DNA from: a virus
DNA: 64,000 nucleotides
Virus record (IMG/VR): IMGVR_UViG_3300031669_005140
Direction: 5' to 3' (one strand)
Shown: piece by piece, positions 18,199-27,273 of the stretch
Layout of the letters: the number at the start of each line of letters is the position of its first letter
How positions within the stretch are numbered: position 1 is the first letter of the stretch
Made by a program: the position numbers and the translations under genes
Notes under the pieces: model-generated
Seen by the model: only the letters and a program-made list of their open reading frames with translations
Databases searched by the model: none
Told to the model about the DNA's origin: nothing

Positions 18199-18829
18199 AT
18201 CGTATAATTGCTTTTACGTGTCTTCTTTTGATTACTCGTGCATCCTTTAATCCAATCATATTCATGTGTGGCTGCTCCAGCAGTCTTTCAGAAGCAATGG
18301 CATAAATCACTTCATCTCCGACAAGAACATCCTTGGCATCTAAACTATTGAACCGAGGGTCTACGCTAGGCGTTCCTGCATGGGTAATGATAACCCTATC
18401 CATAACTTTTTGCATAACGTTGAACACCTCTATCTCCTTAGTTTTTCCTAGAAGAAAACCATTCTGCATAACTACCTCACCATTTCTTAACGAAAGAAAG
18501 ATATTCTCTGCTGGTATAAAGTAGCATTCACCAGAAGGGGTGTTTACCTTCTCACAGTTAACGGAATCAGATTGGGAGAAGAATACAACGTCACCTTCAA
18601 GGATAGCATTGGAACTGTTTTGGGCTACCCCATGCACAGGTATCCTAAACTTTCCTTGAGAGGTAAGGTCTTGATCGCTGATCTTTTGGCTCATCGCATC
18701 GGCAAACTTTGTACCACCATCCTCAGATGGAAGTATTAGGTTCCCAACACGAAGATAAGCCGAGGAATCAACCAAGACCATGACCATTCCGCTAATTATC
18801 TTCTTCGGTGCTTCCGTTAGGTTCATCAT
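18185..18829 (-). CDS. tandem GroES-like protein
   Basis: Two GroES-like halves (EGDVVFF; VGDEVIY). Confidence 0.5.
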   Translation of the reverse strand: MMNLTEAPKKIISGMVMVLVDSSAYLRVGNLILPSEDGGTKFADAMSQKISDQDLTSQGKFRIPVHGVAQNSSNAILEGDVVFFSQSDSVNCEKVNTPSGECYFIPAENIFLSLRNGEVVMQNGFLLGKTKEIEVFNVMQKVMDRVIITHAGTPSVDPRFNSLDAKDVLVGDEVIYAIASERLLEQPHMNMIGLKDARVIKRRHVKAIIRYDKI

Positions 18830-19098
18830 CTGCTATCGATTCAATTACCAACTTATCAATATTTTTATACTCTGTTTTTCCAATCCTTCCATCCCAAGTT
18901 ACAGTGCCAACGGTAATGTTGTAAAGGCTAGTTTCTTTTCCGTCGATCTTATCTCTTTCCTTTACTATTGACGTTACCATTCCAATATCTACCGTATCTC
19001 CAACAGAAATGGTCATCACCTTCTGCTCTCCAAGAAAGCTAAAGGTTATGCTCGTTGTTACTAGTTCCATTATTCTGTGTATTAGTTATGTGAAATCA

Positions 19099-19497
19099 TT
19101 AGAACGGTAGATCGTTTGTAGCATCATTCAAGTCTGGCAACTCTTCATAACTTGGAGAAGGAGCACCGGAAGACTTGGCAGAACTTTTACCATTAGGCTC
19201 AACCACGTTCTCGAACTTATAAGCCTTAATGGAGTTAAACCATCTACCCTCCCATTCCCTAGACTCTACGTTAAAGTTAACGGTAAGTTTTGTATCTGGT
19301 AGAAACTTGCTGGCGTTCTCGGCCACTCCGTTAACACACTCGAAGGCAATAAGCGTATCGAACCTGTCGTTTGAGTTCTTACATACCAGCGTAGATTTTG
19401 TCATCTGCACACCAGACTTGTTAACTACGATTTCTCCGTTCTTCTTCTTAACTACTTCTGGCATGGTTGCCTTTACTACTGTTACTTCTAAATTCAT
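19099..19497 (-). CDS. DUF3127 single-stranded DNA-binding-like protein
   Basis: VNFNVESREWEGRWFNSIKAYK and acidic tail DLPF. Confidence 0.85.
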   Translation of the reverse strand: MNLEVTVVKATMPEVVKKKNGEIVVNKSGVQMTKSTLVCKNSNDRFDTLIAFECVNGVAENASKFLPDTKLTVNFNVESREWEGRWFNSIKAYKFENVVEPNGKSSAKSSGAPSPSYEELPDLNDATNDLPF

Positions 19498-19529
19498 TTT
19501 TCTTTGGGTTTATATATTAGTTTATTATG

Positions 19530-19575
19530 CAATGTTAATGCTTATTATTTACTTGTGCAAATCGTTCGTCAAAAA
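19530..19575 (-). promoter_or_regulatory. TTTTGACGAACG-type promoter
   Basis: 12-mer, then TTTG, then TAACATTG 25 nt downstream of the motif; near-identical module at 60741-60826. Confidence 0.65.
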
Positions 19576-19669
19576 CTGGTTAAAATAATTGGACTGCATC
19601 TATCAACTAGGTTATCAAACATACCTAGACAACATGGACAGTCCAGATTAACACTGTGTTTATAAACGA

Positions 19670-20412
19670 GTTATAAGCCATTTTAAAAATAGCGACGTTC
19701 ATTGCGTTTAGCTCTTTGACATTGTGGTTTTGCCCAGCTATCTTGCCATTCTGATTTTTTACCATATTTACGGTGCAAAGTTGCCATTTCAGGTAAATTA
19801 TCAGAACAAATATAATCCCAGATGTCATGCCAAACGAAATTGAATAATTTGTCTTTGTTTGGCTTGTATTCAAAAGCATCAGCATGTATAATTGTTAATC
19901 GCTCATCATTAAAATATGGTGCTACCAACTTTATAACATCTTCGCTTTTTTCAATCACAGTTATTTCAGTAATTTCAGGCTTATCTAATAGCACTTTAAC
20001 AACGCAACCAATACCAAGTCCGTTAATTAAAACAGAACCTTTTGCTTTGCGTGTAAAGTGGCTAAAATCACTAATCTCATCAGGGGTATTACTCATTACA
20101 ACCGTTCCGCTTCTTTTTAATCTTTTATACGTTCCTTCGGGTACGGCTCTACCAGTTTTAAGCATTGAAATCATTTGGCTAAAATCTTTTTTTTGAACTG
20201 TAAATGTTTCAACGCTCCAATCTCCAGATTTCCCATCTACTAAAAATGACATATCTACATTCATAAGTTTTGAATAAAAAACGGCTTATAACCCGTGGTA
20301 TAGTTAATTGCCGTGTTAGTACTAATTTGAAGCGTTACCACCCGCTTGTAATTCTGTGTAAATTGATAGGTAGGGAGCCCGCAATCGGCAACTAACCATA
20401 CCACCAACGTTA
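19670..20412 (-). mobile_element. gene cassette H with attC-like hairpin at 20289-20412
   Basis: Ends GTTATAAGCCATTTT/AAAACGGCTTATAAC (14/15); arms GTGGTATAGTTAATTGCCG/CGGCAACTAACCATACCAC. Confidence 0.8.
19683..20264 (-). CDS. class I SAM-dependent methyltransferase / spermidine synthase-like protein
   Basis: VLINGLGIG, ITVIEKS, IIHADAF and HDIW Rossmann motifs. Confidence 0.8.
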   Translation of the reverse strand: MNVDMSFLVDGKSGDWSVETFTVQKKDFSQMISMLKTGRAVPEGTYKRLKRSGTVVMSNTPDEISDFSHFTRKAKGSVLINGLGIGCVVKVLLDKPEITEITVIEKSEDVIKLVAPYFNDERLTIIHADAFEYKPNKDKLFNFVWHDIWDYICSDNLPEMATLHRKYGKKSEWQDSWAKPQCQRAKRNERRYF

Positions 20413-20615
20413 CCGCCAATACTACTGCAAATTTGCATAACCTCCAAATTTTTAGCCACCTTTTTGACAAACGGAACGAAGATATTATTTGCTTCAGTAT
20501 TGGGCATAGCTATCGCATTACAATAGACTTGTTTACTTCTAAATGATCCTAGAAAAACTTAAACTAGCTGTTTTCTAAAATCTGAACAATCATAAGGCAT
20601 AACTTAAGCCTGATA

Positions 20616-21644
20616 TCATATATATAAGTTATCACTATATATAGTACTAGACTGTGAAAAATTTTCAGAAAATTCATTTGACCTGTAATTCGATCTCCAA
20701 GGAGTGACCATTTTTGGCTTTTCCTTTAGGAAGTTATTCCGTTCAAATGAAAGTTCTGTGCCCAAGATTGTAATGGTGGCGTTTAGGATTTGGTTGAAGT
20801 AGCAATAGCCTGGCGCATAATCCGAGGCATCGAACCCTTTCGCTGCAATGAAGGAGACGGTCTTGGTCTCGATCCACTTTCGTTTATTCATCCGCGAGAG
20901 GAGATTTTGGGTACTAGCCAAACTACATCCAATCTTTGTAGAGAGCTTCCGTAAACCTATTACGTTAACCAGCAAAGGGGCAGTGCTCGATTTTCCTATC
21001 GTGTCATTCCTTTTTTGTGCTGCTTTGAGGGCTTTTATACCCTCTGGTGTATCATGCCTTAAAACGAGTTTCTTCAGCTCGCTAACGACATAGGCTTGCG
21101 GCTCCATAGCCCTCTTCACAGAGAACATTTGGAGAATGTCTACAATATCCTTATGCGATAAATTGTCTTCGAAATGCTTATAGTAATGCAAGTATTTCCT
21201 TTTTCCGGTTGCGAACCTATGCTCTAGCTCCCTGTTGGTTGCTGCTTTTAGGTCGCCATGATTTATGCTAACTAGCCCAATTCTTAGAGCGGTGCTTACT
21301 GCCTTACGGAAGTAGTCTCTGGGCATTTGCAATTCGCGAATCGCCTTCTTCTGTATGTAGCCACTAATGCTCCCATGCCTGAAGTGATAGCGTATGGTAG
21401 CATATAAAACAACGGCCCTCCGTTCATCTGGAGTTCCGTTGGTAAAGTATTTTTCGAGAAGTGGCTTGGCAATCTTTATTCGTTGTTGCTTGGGGGTAAT
21501 AAGAACGCAGGGTGCAGTATCGGGCGTATAGTCAGTAATAGATGAATGCACATTTAATGTTGCATCAGCGTTAGACACCAATAAAGCAACCCTGCGTATA
21601 TCTTCTAGTGAGTCGTATCTTATTTTCTTTTTTATTGCATCCAT
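20616..21644 (-). CDS. basic DNA-binding protein, possible replication initiator or regulator
   Basis: 342-aa basic ORF with HTH-like segments and its own canonical TATCTTTG promoter (21671-21678). Confidence 0.4.
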   Translation of the reverse strand: MDAIKKKIRYDSLEDIRRVALLVSNADATLNVHSSITDYTPDTAPCVLITPKQQRIKIAKPLLEKYFTNGTPDERRAVVLYATIRYHFRHGSISGYIQKKAIRELQMPRDYFRKAVSTALRIGLVSINHGDLKAATNRELEHRFATGKRKYLHYYKHFEDNLSHKDIVDILQMFSVKRAMEPQAYVVSELKKLVLRHDTPEGIKALKAAQKRNDTIGKSSTAPLLVNVIGLRKLSTKIGCSLASTQNLLSRMNKRKWIETKTVSFIAAKGFDASDYAPGYCYFNQILNATITILGTELSFERNNFLKEKPKMVTPWRSNYRSNEFSENFSQSSTIYSDNLYI

Positions 21645-22073
21645 ATCTAATTACTTATGCTATACGAACGCAAAGATACGAAATACTTTTTTAATGGCAA
21701 TACTATATCAACCTTTTTGACGAAAAGTTTTTTTAACGGCTATAAAGAACATAATAAAAACAGCGAGAATTAACGCTAACATCGCATATTTAGGCTCCAT
21801 CTTCAACCTCCTTTTCTAACTTTTTAAAGTTATCGCATAGGATACCTGCAATGTTGTTAAATGTCTTATGATCTACATCCATGCCTGTGAGCGTGTTGAA
21901 TATTATCCTTGGTGAAACGGTAGATAGAACATGGGTTAGTAGCAGCACGTTAAACTGCTTGTCAGCAACGTCTATCCTGTCTGGATTGTCATCGTTGAAC
22001 AGTTCAGCCAAGAGGGTGTTTACCTTTTGGGTATATGATTGTAAAAGAAGTTCGTCCATGGCTATTATAGTTT

Positions 22074-22991
22074 TTACCTAGCAACGCTTCTAAGTAATTT
22101 TCTGCGTTGTGAAAGTTTTAGATTATTATTCGGCATTCTACATATTGCTCCACACTTAGGGTTTTGGCATCGGTAGGCCATAAACCTTCCGGCCATAGTA
22201 ACGTAATCACCTATTTCTTTAATGTGTATACCACCACAGTTTGGACATACACTGTCTTGGGCGTCTGAATAGATAGCCATATTTGGATGTGATTTTATCC
22301 ATGGCCTAAGTTCTACGTAAACATCTTCTAGCAGGTTAACATCTTCTTTGTTGTATTCATGCATCTTATTCAACGCTTCTGTATTACCTGCCATACAGTC
22401 TATCCAAAGTTTAAAATTGGTTTCGATCTTCCCTCTTCTAGTAATTAATTTTCCGAGATAGTCTAATTTATTACTTGAAAAAGCAAAGTGTTTTCTGGCT
22501 ATTTTAATCGTATCTATTGACTCATATGGAGACGGTGGTAACAAATGATTCAGAACATATCTTGCGTTCATTTTCCTTATGTCAAACTTGTCTCCATTAT
22601 GAGCAATTATAATATCTGCATCATCAAACATTTTCCACATTGATGTAACTATTCTCTTGTCGTCCTTGTTTTTAGCCTCTCTTGATGTAAGAACGTCTCC
22701 AAAAGTATCTGGAGCGAATAGCCATTTTGCAGACCACGATATAACAAACCAGTCACTAAGAATCTTGTCTGGGCTAATCATTGGCTTAAATAGTGACCAC
22801 GTTAACACAGACATTGGTGCTGTTTCTATGTCGAATAGAAGAACCTTTGGTGCTCTCGGCAACTTATCTCCTATTTTTCTGTTATATCTCTCTATTGTTT
22901 CTTTTGATATTCCGAACTTCTTTGCTGTTTCTTCGATTCCTTTTTCGCATAGGTATGCGATAACCTCTTCTGCTCTTGCTTTAGATACCAT
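22074..22991 (-). CDS. RNase H-like 3'-5' exonuclease with N-terminal HTH and C-terminal zinc ribbon
   Basis: LFDIET, AHNGDKFD, SNKLDYL, YNKEDV, CPNCG...C. Confidence 0.85.
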   Translation of the reverse strand: MVSKARAEEVIAYLCEKGIEETAKKFGISKETIERYNRKIGDKLPRAPKVLLFDIETAPMSVLTWSLFKPMISPDKILSDWFVISWSAKWLFAPDTFGDVLTSREAKNKDDKRIVTSMWKMFDDADIIIAHNGDKFDIRKMNARYVLNHLLPPSPYESIDTIKIARKHFAFSSNKLDYLGKLITRRGKIETNFKLWIDCMAGNTEALNKMHEYNKEDVNLLEDVYVELRPWIKSHPNMAIYSDAQDSVCPNCGGIHIKEIGDYVTMAGRFMAYRCQNPKCGAICRMPNNNLKLSQRRKLLRSVAR

Positions 22992-23420
22992 TACTTTCGA
23001 GTTAGTTATTTTTTAGTGTTTACGCATAATGAGCTCTTCTGGCTCTGCGTTAATTATTTCAATAGCATTCTCAATCTTCTCTGGTAGCATTACAATGCAT
23101 CCCTTAAGGCATGAGTTAACCTTTGACCTTACCTTGCACTTGGAATCGCAAGGAGACATACAATCATCTACTACTGATAGAAGAGCCATCTCACAAGCCT
23201 GTAGTGTCTCCCACTTACGCTTTTCTTTTAGACGGTCGTTAGCACCCTTTATTCGGTGGCCGGTAGTTCTCTGTATTCTAATTCCAATGTTTACGCATTC
23301 CTTTCCATAGGCTTCTAACATGGAGAGAACATCCTTCTCTTCGAGTTGGTCTTTGTGTTCTACAATCCATCTTGCCGCTTCAATCGTCCTTAGCATGTTA
23401 ACAAGATTAGTGTTATTATG

Positions 23421-23486
23421 CAAATATAATGATAACTATCTGAACTGCAATGAAAAAACACGATTATTTTTTAATGCTTATCTTTG
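23421..23486. promoter_or_regulatory. divergent Bacteroidota sigma-A promoters
   Basis: TATATTTG on minus (23421-23428) and TATCTTTG on plus (23479-23486) at the strand switch. Confidence 0.7.
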
Positions 23487-23509
23487 TAACGAACTAATAA
23501 ATAAAACAC

Positions 23510-24211
23510 ATGGCAAATAGTTTGATTTCGCAAACCGTTAAGTCGGTATTGCACGGAGGCGGTCGTAGACCTGTCCCTGTTGGAACCGTGGCTATTAATA
23601 GCAACCGCATCAAAACAATTGATGCCTACGCTACTAACGATAGCAAGGTTGCTTATAAACTTAGGCTAACTAGCGGGATGCCTGAGTCTCTTGCTCTTTT
23701 TGTCGTAGATGACGCTCCGGCTGTTCTTCAACCGAAGGTGGCTTCCTATGCCAATAAGTCTATTCCTTGGACGGATACTCTTCTTGGAGTAACCCGATAC
23801 TTTCCTGTTGATGATATTATATTTGCAATTGCTAATCCAGATAATCCGTCAACTCAGACAGATTTGTATATGGAAGCGGGGAGTAGGTTGGTTAAGCGAA
23901 CAATTACACAGGCGTTTGCAGACGTGATTACAGATACCGCTGACCCATCTAATGATGCAACGCTATCTGATTTGACCGTTGACGGAACAACCGTAACAGG
24001 GTTTGTTTCTACGCTAAACGACTATGCTGTTGAACTTACTGCTGGAACCGTAGTTGTTCCTACCGTTGTTGGAACAGAGCATAACGTTAATGCTACTGCT
24101 GTAGTTACTGATGCGGCTTCACTACCTGGTGATACAACCGTAGTTGTTACAGCACAGGATGGAGTGTCTACTAAGACTTATACCATCTCGTTTACCGTTG
24201 CTGCTGCATAG
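23510..24211 (+). CDS. virion protein with C-terminal cadherin-like Ig beta-sandwich
   Basis: SNDATLSDLTVDG...VVVTAQDG...TYTISFT. Confidence 0.75.
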   Translation: MANSLISQTVKSVLHGGGRRPVPVGTVAINSNRIKTIDAYATNDSKVAYKLRLTSGMPESLALFVVDDAPAVLQPKVASYANKSIPWTDTLLGVTRYFPVDDIIFAIANPDNPSTQTDLYMEAGSRLVKRTITQAFADVITDTADPSNDATLSDLTVDGTTVTGFVSTLNDYAVELTAGTVVVPTVVGTEHNVNATAVVTDAASLPGDTTVVVTAQDGVSTKTYTISFTVAAA

Positions 24212-24225
24212 TAAATATTTTTATT

Positions 24226-24260
24226 GGTTAGCCTCTTAATGTAGGGGCTAACCTTTTTTT
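24226..24260 (+). terminator. intrinsic terminator
   Basis: GGTTAGCCTCT...AGGGGCTAACC followed by T7. Confidence 0.85.
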
Positions 24261-24274
24261 ATAAACTCTAACAT

Positions 24275-24946
24275 ATGGATTTTTCAAGATGTCTTTATGA
24301 CCCTAGCGACGATAGGTTGCTGTCAAAAATTCTAAAAAACAATATTCTGTCGGATGAGTTCGGAACAGACTGGGGAGATGCCGAACCGTTTAAGGAAAAG
24401 ATTTGCCGATATATAGTGCTCATGTATGATTACTATTCCCCCACTCGGTTAGAGTTTAGGGATTACTGGAATAGGAAGTTGGAGTGTGCTTTTTTAGCGG
24501 GGTTTGATTTAGATGCTAAGACAGGAGAGTTACCTAAACCCATAGAGGATGTTTTAACTGCCAATAACGACGCTGCATTTGCCGCTATAACAAAGTATAT
24601 GCTCGTTACTGGTGGAATGGACTATATGGTTTTGTGGGGCTATATTATTCAACTGGCACTTATTACCAAGAGGGCATTCAACGGTAAGAGCAATACGAAA
24701 GATATTGCCGATTCCATTACGCTGAGAAAGCAGATAGATGAGCTAACATCTAAGTTGTTCGGGGGAGACGAGGAGACTGAGAAAGGAAAGCAGCTGCTTT
24801 ACATACAGATTGCTTCTCGCTCAAGTATTAGACCAGAAGCCTTTGCCAAGAGAGTAGGAGAAGGTGATGACCTTAGTGATTGTAACCCTTATGGTGAGTA
24901 TGAAGTGAAGCCATTAACGTTCCTTGGAGATGAAGAGCCAAAGTAA
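24275..24946 (+). CDS. hypothetical protein, possible terminase small subunit
   Basis: Helical ORF overlapping the start of terL. Confidence 0.45.
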   Translation: MDFSRCLYDPSDDRLLSKILKNNILSDEFGTDWGDAEPFKEKICRYIVLMYDYYSPTRLEFRDYWNRKLECAFLAGFDLDAKTGELPKPIEDVLTANNDAAFAAITKYMLVTGGMDYMVLWGYIIQLALITKRAFNGKSNTKDIADSITLRKQIDELTSKLFGGDEETEKGKQLLYIQIASRSSIRPEAFAKRVGEGDDLSDCNPYGEYEVKPLTFLGDEEPK

Positions 24947-27245
24947 GTATAAATATCTTGAAGCCGATAAATACTTTGTTCTTAACGACAGGGATACATA
25001 CCTGGTTCCAATTTACATATCGTTGCCAAAGCCTCCACCGTTGGAGATGATTGCCGGATATGGGCTTGCGCCAGAAGATCAGGTATTCAAAAGAATGGTG
25101 GTTCCAAAAAAGTTACAGTCTTTAGAAAAGCAAGTAATAGCAGAGTTATCGCAGAAGTCGGATGAGATTTCTTCATACTCTGTTTCTGGATACAAGATCA
25201 TCAAAGAATTTTGGGTTAGGTTTAACAAGAATAGTTCACTCCTGAAGGAAGAAGCGGAGTTTATTAAGCATTTTTGGTGGCATAGAATACATGGGTATTG
25301 GTTCTTTAACAATGGAAAACCAACATACATCACCGGAAGGTATTTTGAATATCTAAATACGTGGTATATGCCCGATGTTAAGAATGGATACCCAGAGTAT
25401 CGGGATAGGGATAGACGGTGGTTCTTGGCTGATAAATACTTCTTTGAAACGGAGGAGACCTTTGCTGAATTAGATGCCAACAATAAGGCTATGAAGGATA
25501 ATTCAGGAAAGTATAAGATGACATATACTGGAAGGAAGTTATACTTGGGCATCGAAAATACTAAGGGTAGGCGAATGGGTGACACCAATAAGTCACTATG
25601 TTGCTCTCACTCCATGCTAACTACTGGCCTTTCACGATATGCTTCCATAACATCATATACCAGCGATCATGCAGAGGGTTCGTTTACGAAGATGCTTGTT
25701 CCTGCTTGGCAGAATATGTATCTGTGGTTAAAGCCAATATTCTCAAACACCAATACTCCATCTACGCTTGAATACTCATCTCCAGGTAACGTTTTCAACG
25801 AGCAAGCACTTGGTGCTACGTTTGACTATGCCAGAACAGCTCAGGGTTCTTACTACGATGGAAAGAAAATAAATGCTGCTATTGTTTGTGACGAGGAAGG
25901 AAAGAGCAAGGAGTTTGACGTGGCCAAACGCTGGGATCAAATTGCTGAGTGTTTGGTTCAGGGAGTGAACAGGGTTGGTTTCTCTTATCATCCAACTACA
26001 GTAGAGGACATGGATGAAGGAGGTGGTAGCAACTTTGAAAAGATGATGGAGCAGGGTGATTTTTATGTGAGGAAGCAGTCTGGGGAAACGCTAAACAGGC
26101 TGGCTCGAATATACTTTAGAGCCTCCGATGGACTGGAGGGATTCATTGATAAGTATGGGAACTCCGTTGAGTTTGACTTAACGGATAGTCAGCGGAAAGA
26201 AGGGTTTAAAAATGGAGCATATAACTATCTTGTTAGTCAGAGAGATGTATTTGAAAAGCAAGGGACACCGGAGGCCATTGAGCGACTACGTGCATTAAAG
26301 AGAAAGTTTCCTATTGAGTATCTTGATTCGTTTATTGGAGAGAGCGGAGCACTGGGATGGGATATCAAGAAGATTGATGCTGCAATAAAGAGAATAAAGG
26401 CAACACACAAGCCTAAACGTTATAGGCTATTCAGGGACGTTTTACACGATACCGTAAGGGCAGCAGAGGATAACGAGAACGGAAGATTTGTGCTCGACTA
26501 TATTCTTCCAGATAATATGGCTGGTAAAAAGATACTTGACTCTGTTTATGACGAGATAAAAAATGAAACCGTTGATGCATGGACTCCAATGTATCCTGGT
26601 AAGTTTCTGTTATCCGTAGACCCTGTTGGATTCACTAATAAGACACAGAAAGAGCTAGATAGAAATCAGAGCAAGTATTCGAAAGGAGCCGCCGAGGTCT
26701 TTTGGACTAACGATGTTCGCCACTATAACGAAGATCAAGAAAAGAACAAAAACAACTTTTCAGGGATTACATCTATTGCCCACTACCTATATCGTCCTGC
26801 GGGAATGGATGAATTTGTGGAGGATATGCTTATGCTGGCTGAATACTATGGGGCAATGATATGCCCTGAGTCCAACAAGGAGGTGTTTACCAAGGAAGTG
26901 TTTAATCGAGGATATTCTGGGTATTTCTACTATGAGTTAGACCCAATAACAAAGAAGCGTAAGTCCATGCCTGGAGTGTATACTGGTTCGAACAAAAAGG
27001 AGATGATTATGTATGTGAACGATTACATAAAGCATCGTTCTGAGTATGATTGCAACCTAGAGTTCTGGCTCCAAGCAAAGAGGATGAAAACAATAGAGGA
27101 GATGACTTCATACGATACGGTTGCTGCTTATGCGGTTGGATTAATGGGGCTTTTAGGCATGAAGGGTGGCTATCTGGATGTTGTTAATAGTGAACGAACG
27201 AATGCTCTTAATGCTACAGATTTCTTGGATGAGCTATATTTTTAG
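24924..27245 (+). CDS. terL: terminase large subunit
   Basis: GYWFFNNG.PTYITG, Walker A KGRRMGDT, Walker B CDEEGK, nuclease SVDP and CPESN; crAss-like type. Confidence 0.9.
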   Translation: MEMKSQSKYKYLEADKYFVLNDRDTYLVPIYISLPKPPPLEMIAGYGLAPEDQVFKRMVVPKKLQSLEKQVIAELSQKSDEISSYSVSGYKIIKEFWVRFNKNSSLLKEEAEFIKHFWWHRIHGYWFFNNGKPTYITGRYFEYLNTWYMPDVKNGYPEYRDRDRRWFLADKYFFETEETFAELDANNKAMKDNSGKYKMTYTGRKLYLGIENTKGRRMGDTNKSLCCSHSMLTTGLSRYASITSYTSDHAEGSFTKMLVPAWQNMYLWLKPIFSNTNTPSTLEYSSPGNVFNEQALGATFDYARTAQGSYYDGKKINAAIVCDEEGKSKEFDVAKRWDQIAECLVQGVNRVGFSYHPTTVEDMDEGGGSNFEKMMEQGDFYVRKQSGETLNRLARIYFRASDGLEGFIDKYGNSVEFDLTDSQRKEGFKNGAYNYLVSQRDVFEKQGTPEAIERLRALKRKFPIEYLDSFIGESGALGWDIKKIDAAIKRIKATHKPKRYRLFRDVLHDTVRAAEDNENGRFVLDYILPDNMAGKKILDSVYDEIKNETVDAWTPMYPGKFLLSVDPVGFTNKTQKELDRNQSKYSKGAAEVFWTNDVRHYNEDQEKNKNNFSGITSIAHYLYRPAGMDEFVEDMLMLAEYYGAMICPESNKEVFTKEVFNRGYSGYFYYELDPITKKRKSMPGVYTGSNKKEMIMYVNDYIKHRSEYDCNLEFWLQAKRMKTIEEMTSYDTVAAYAVGLMGLLGMKGGYLDVVNSERTNALNATDFLDELYF

Positions 27246-27273
27246 TATATTGTATCTTTGTGCAATATAATCT

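Noticed and set aside
5557-20412. CRISPR array interpretation of the recurring repeats
   Set aside because: The repeats are not identical or regularly spaced, and they flank whole genes rather than 30-40-nt spacers.
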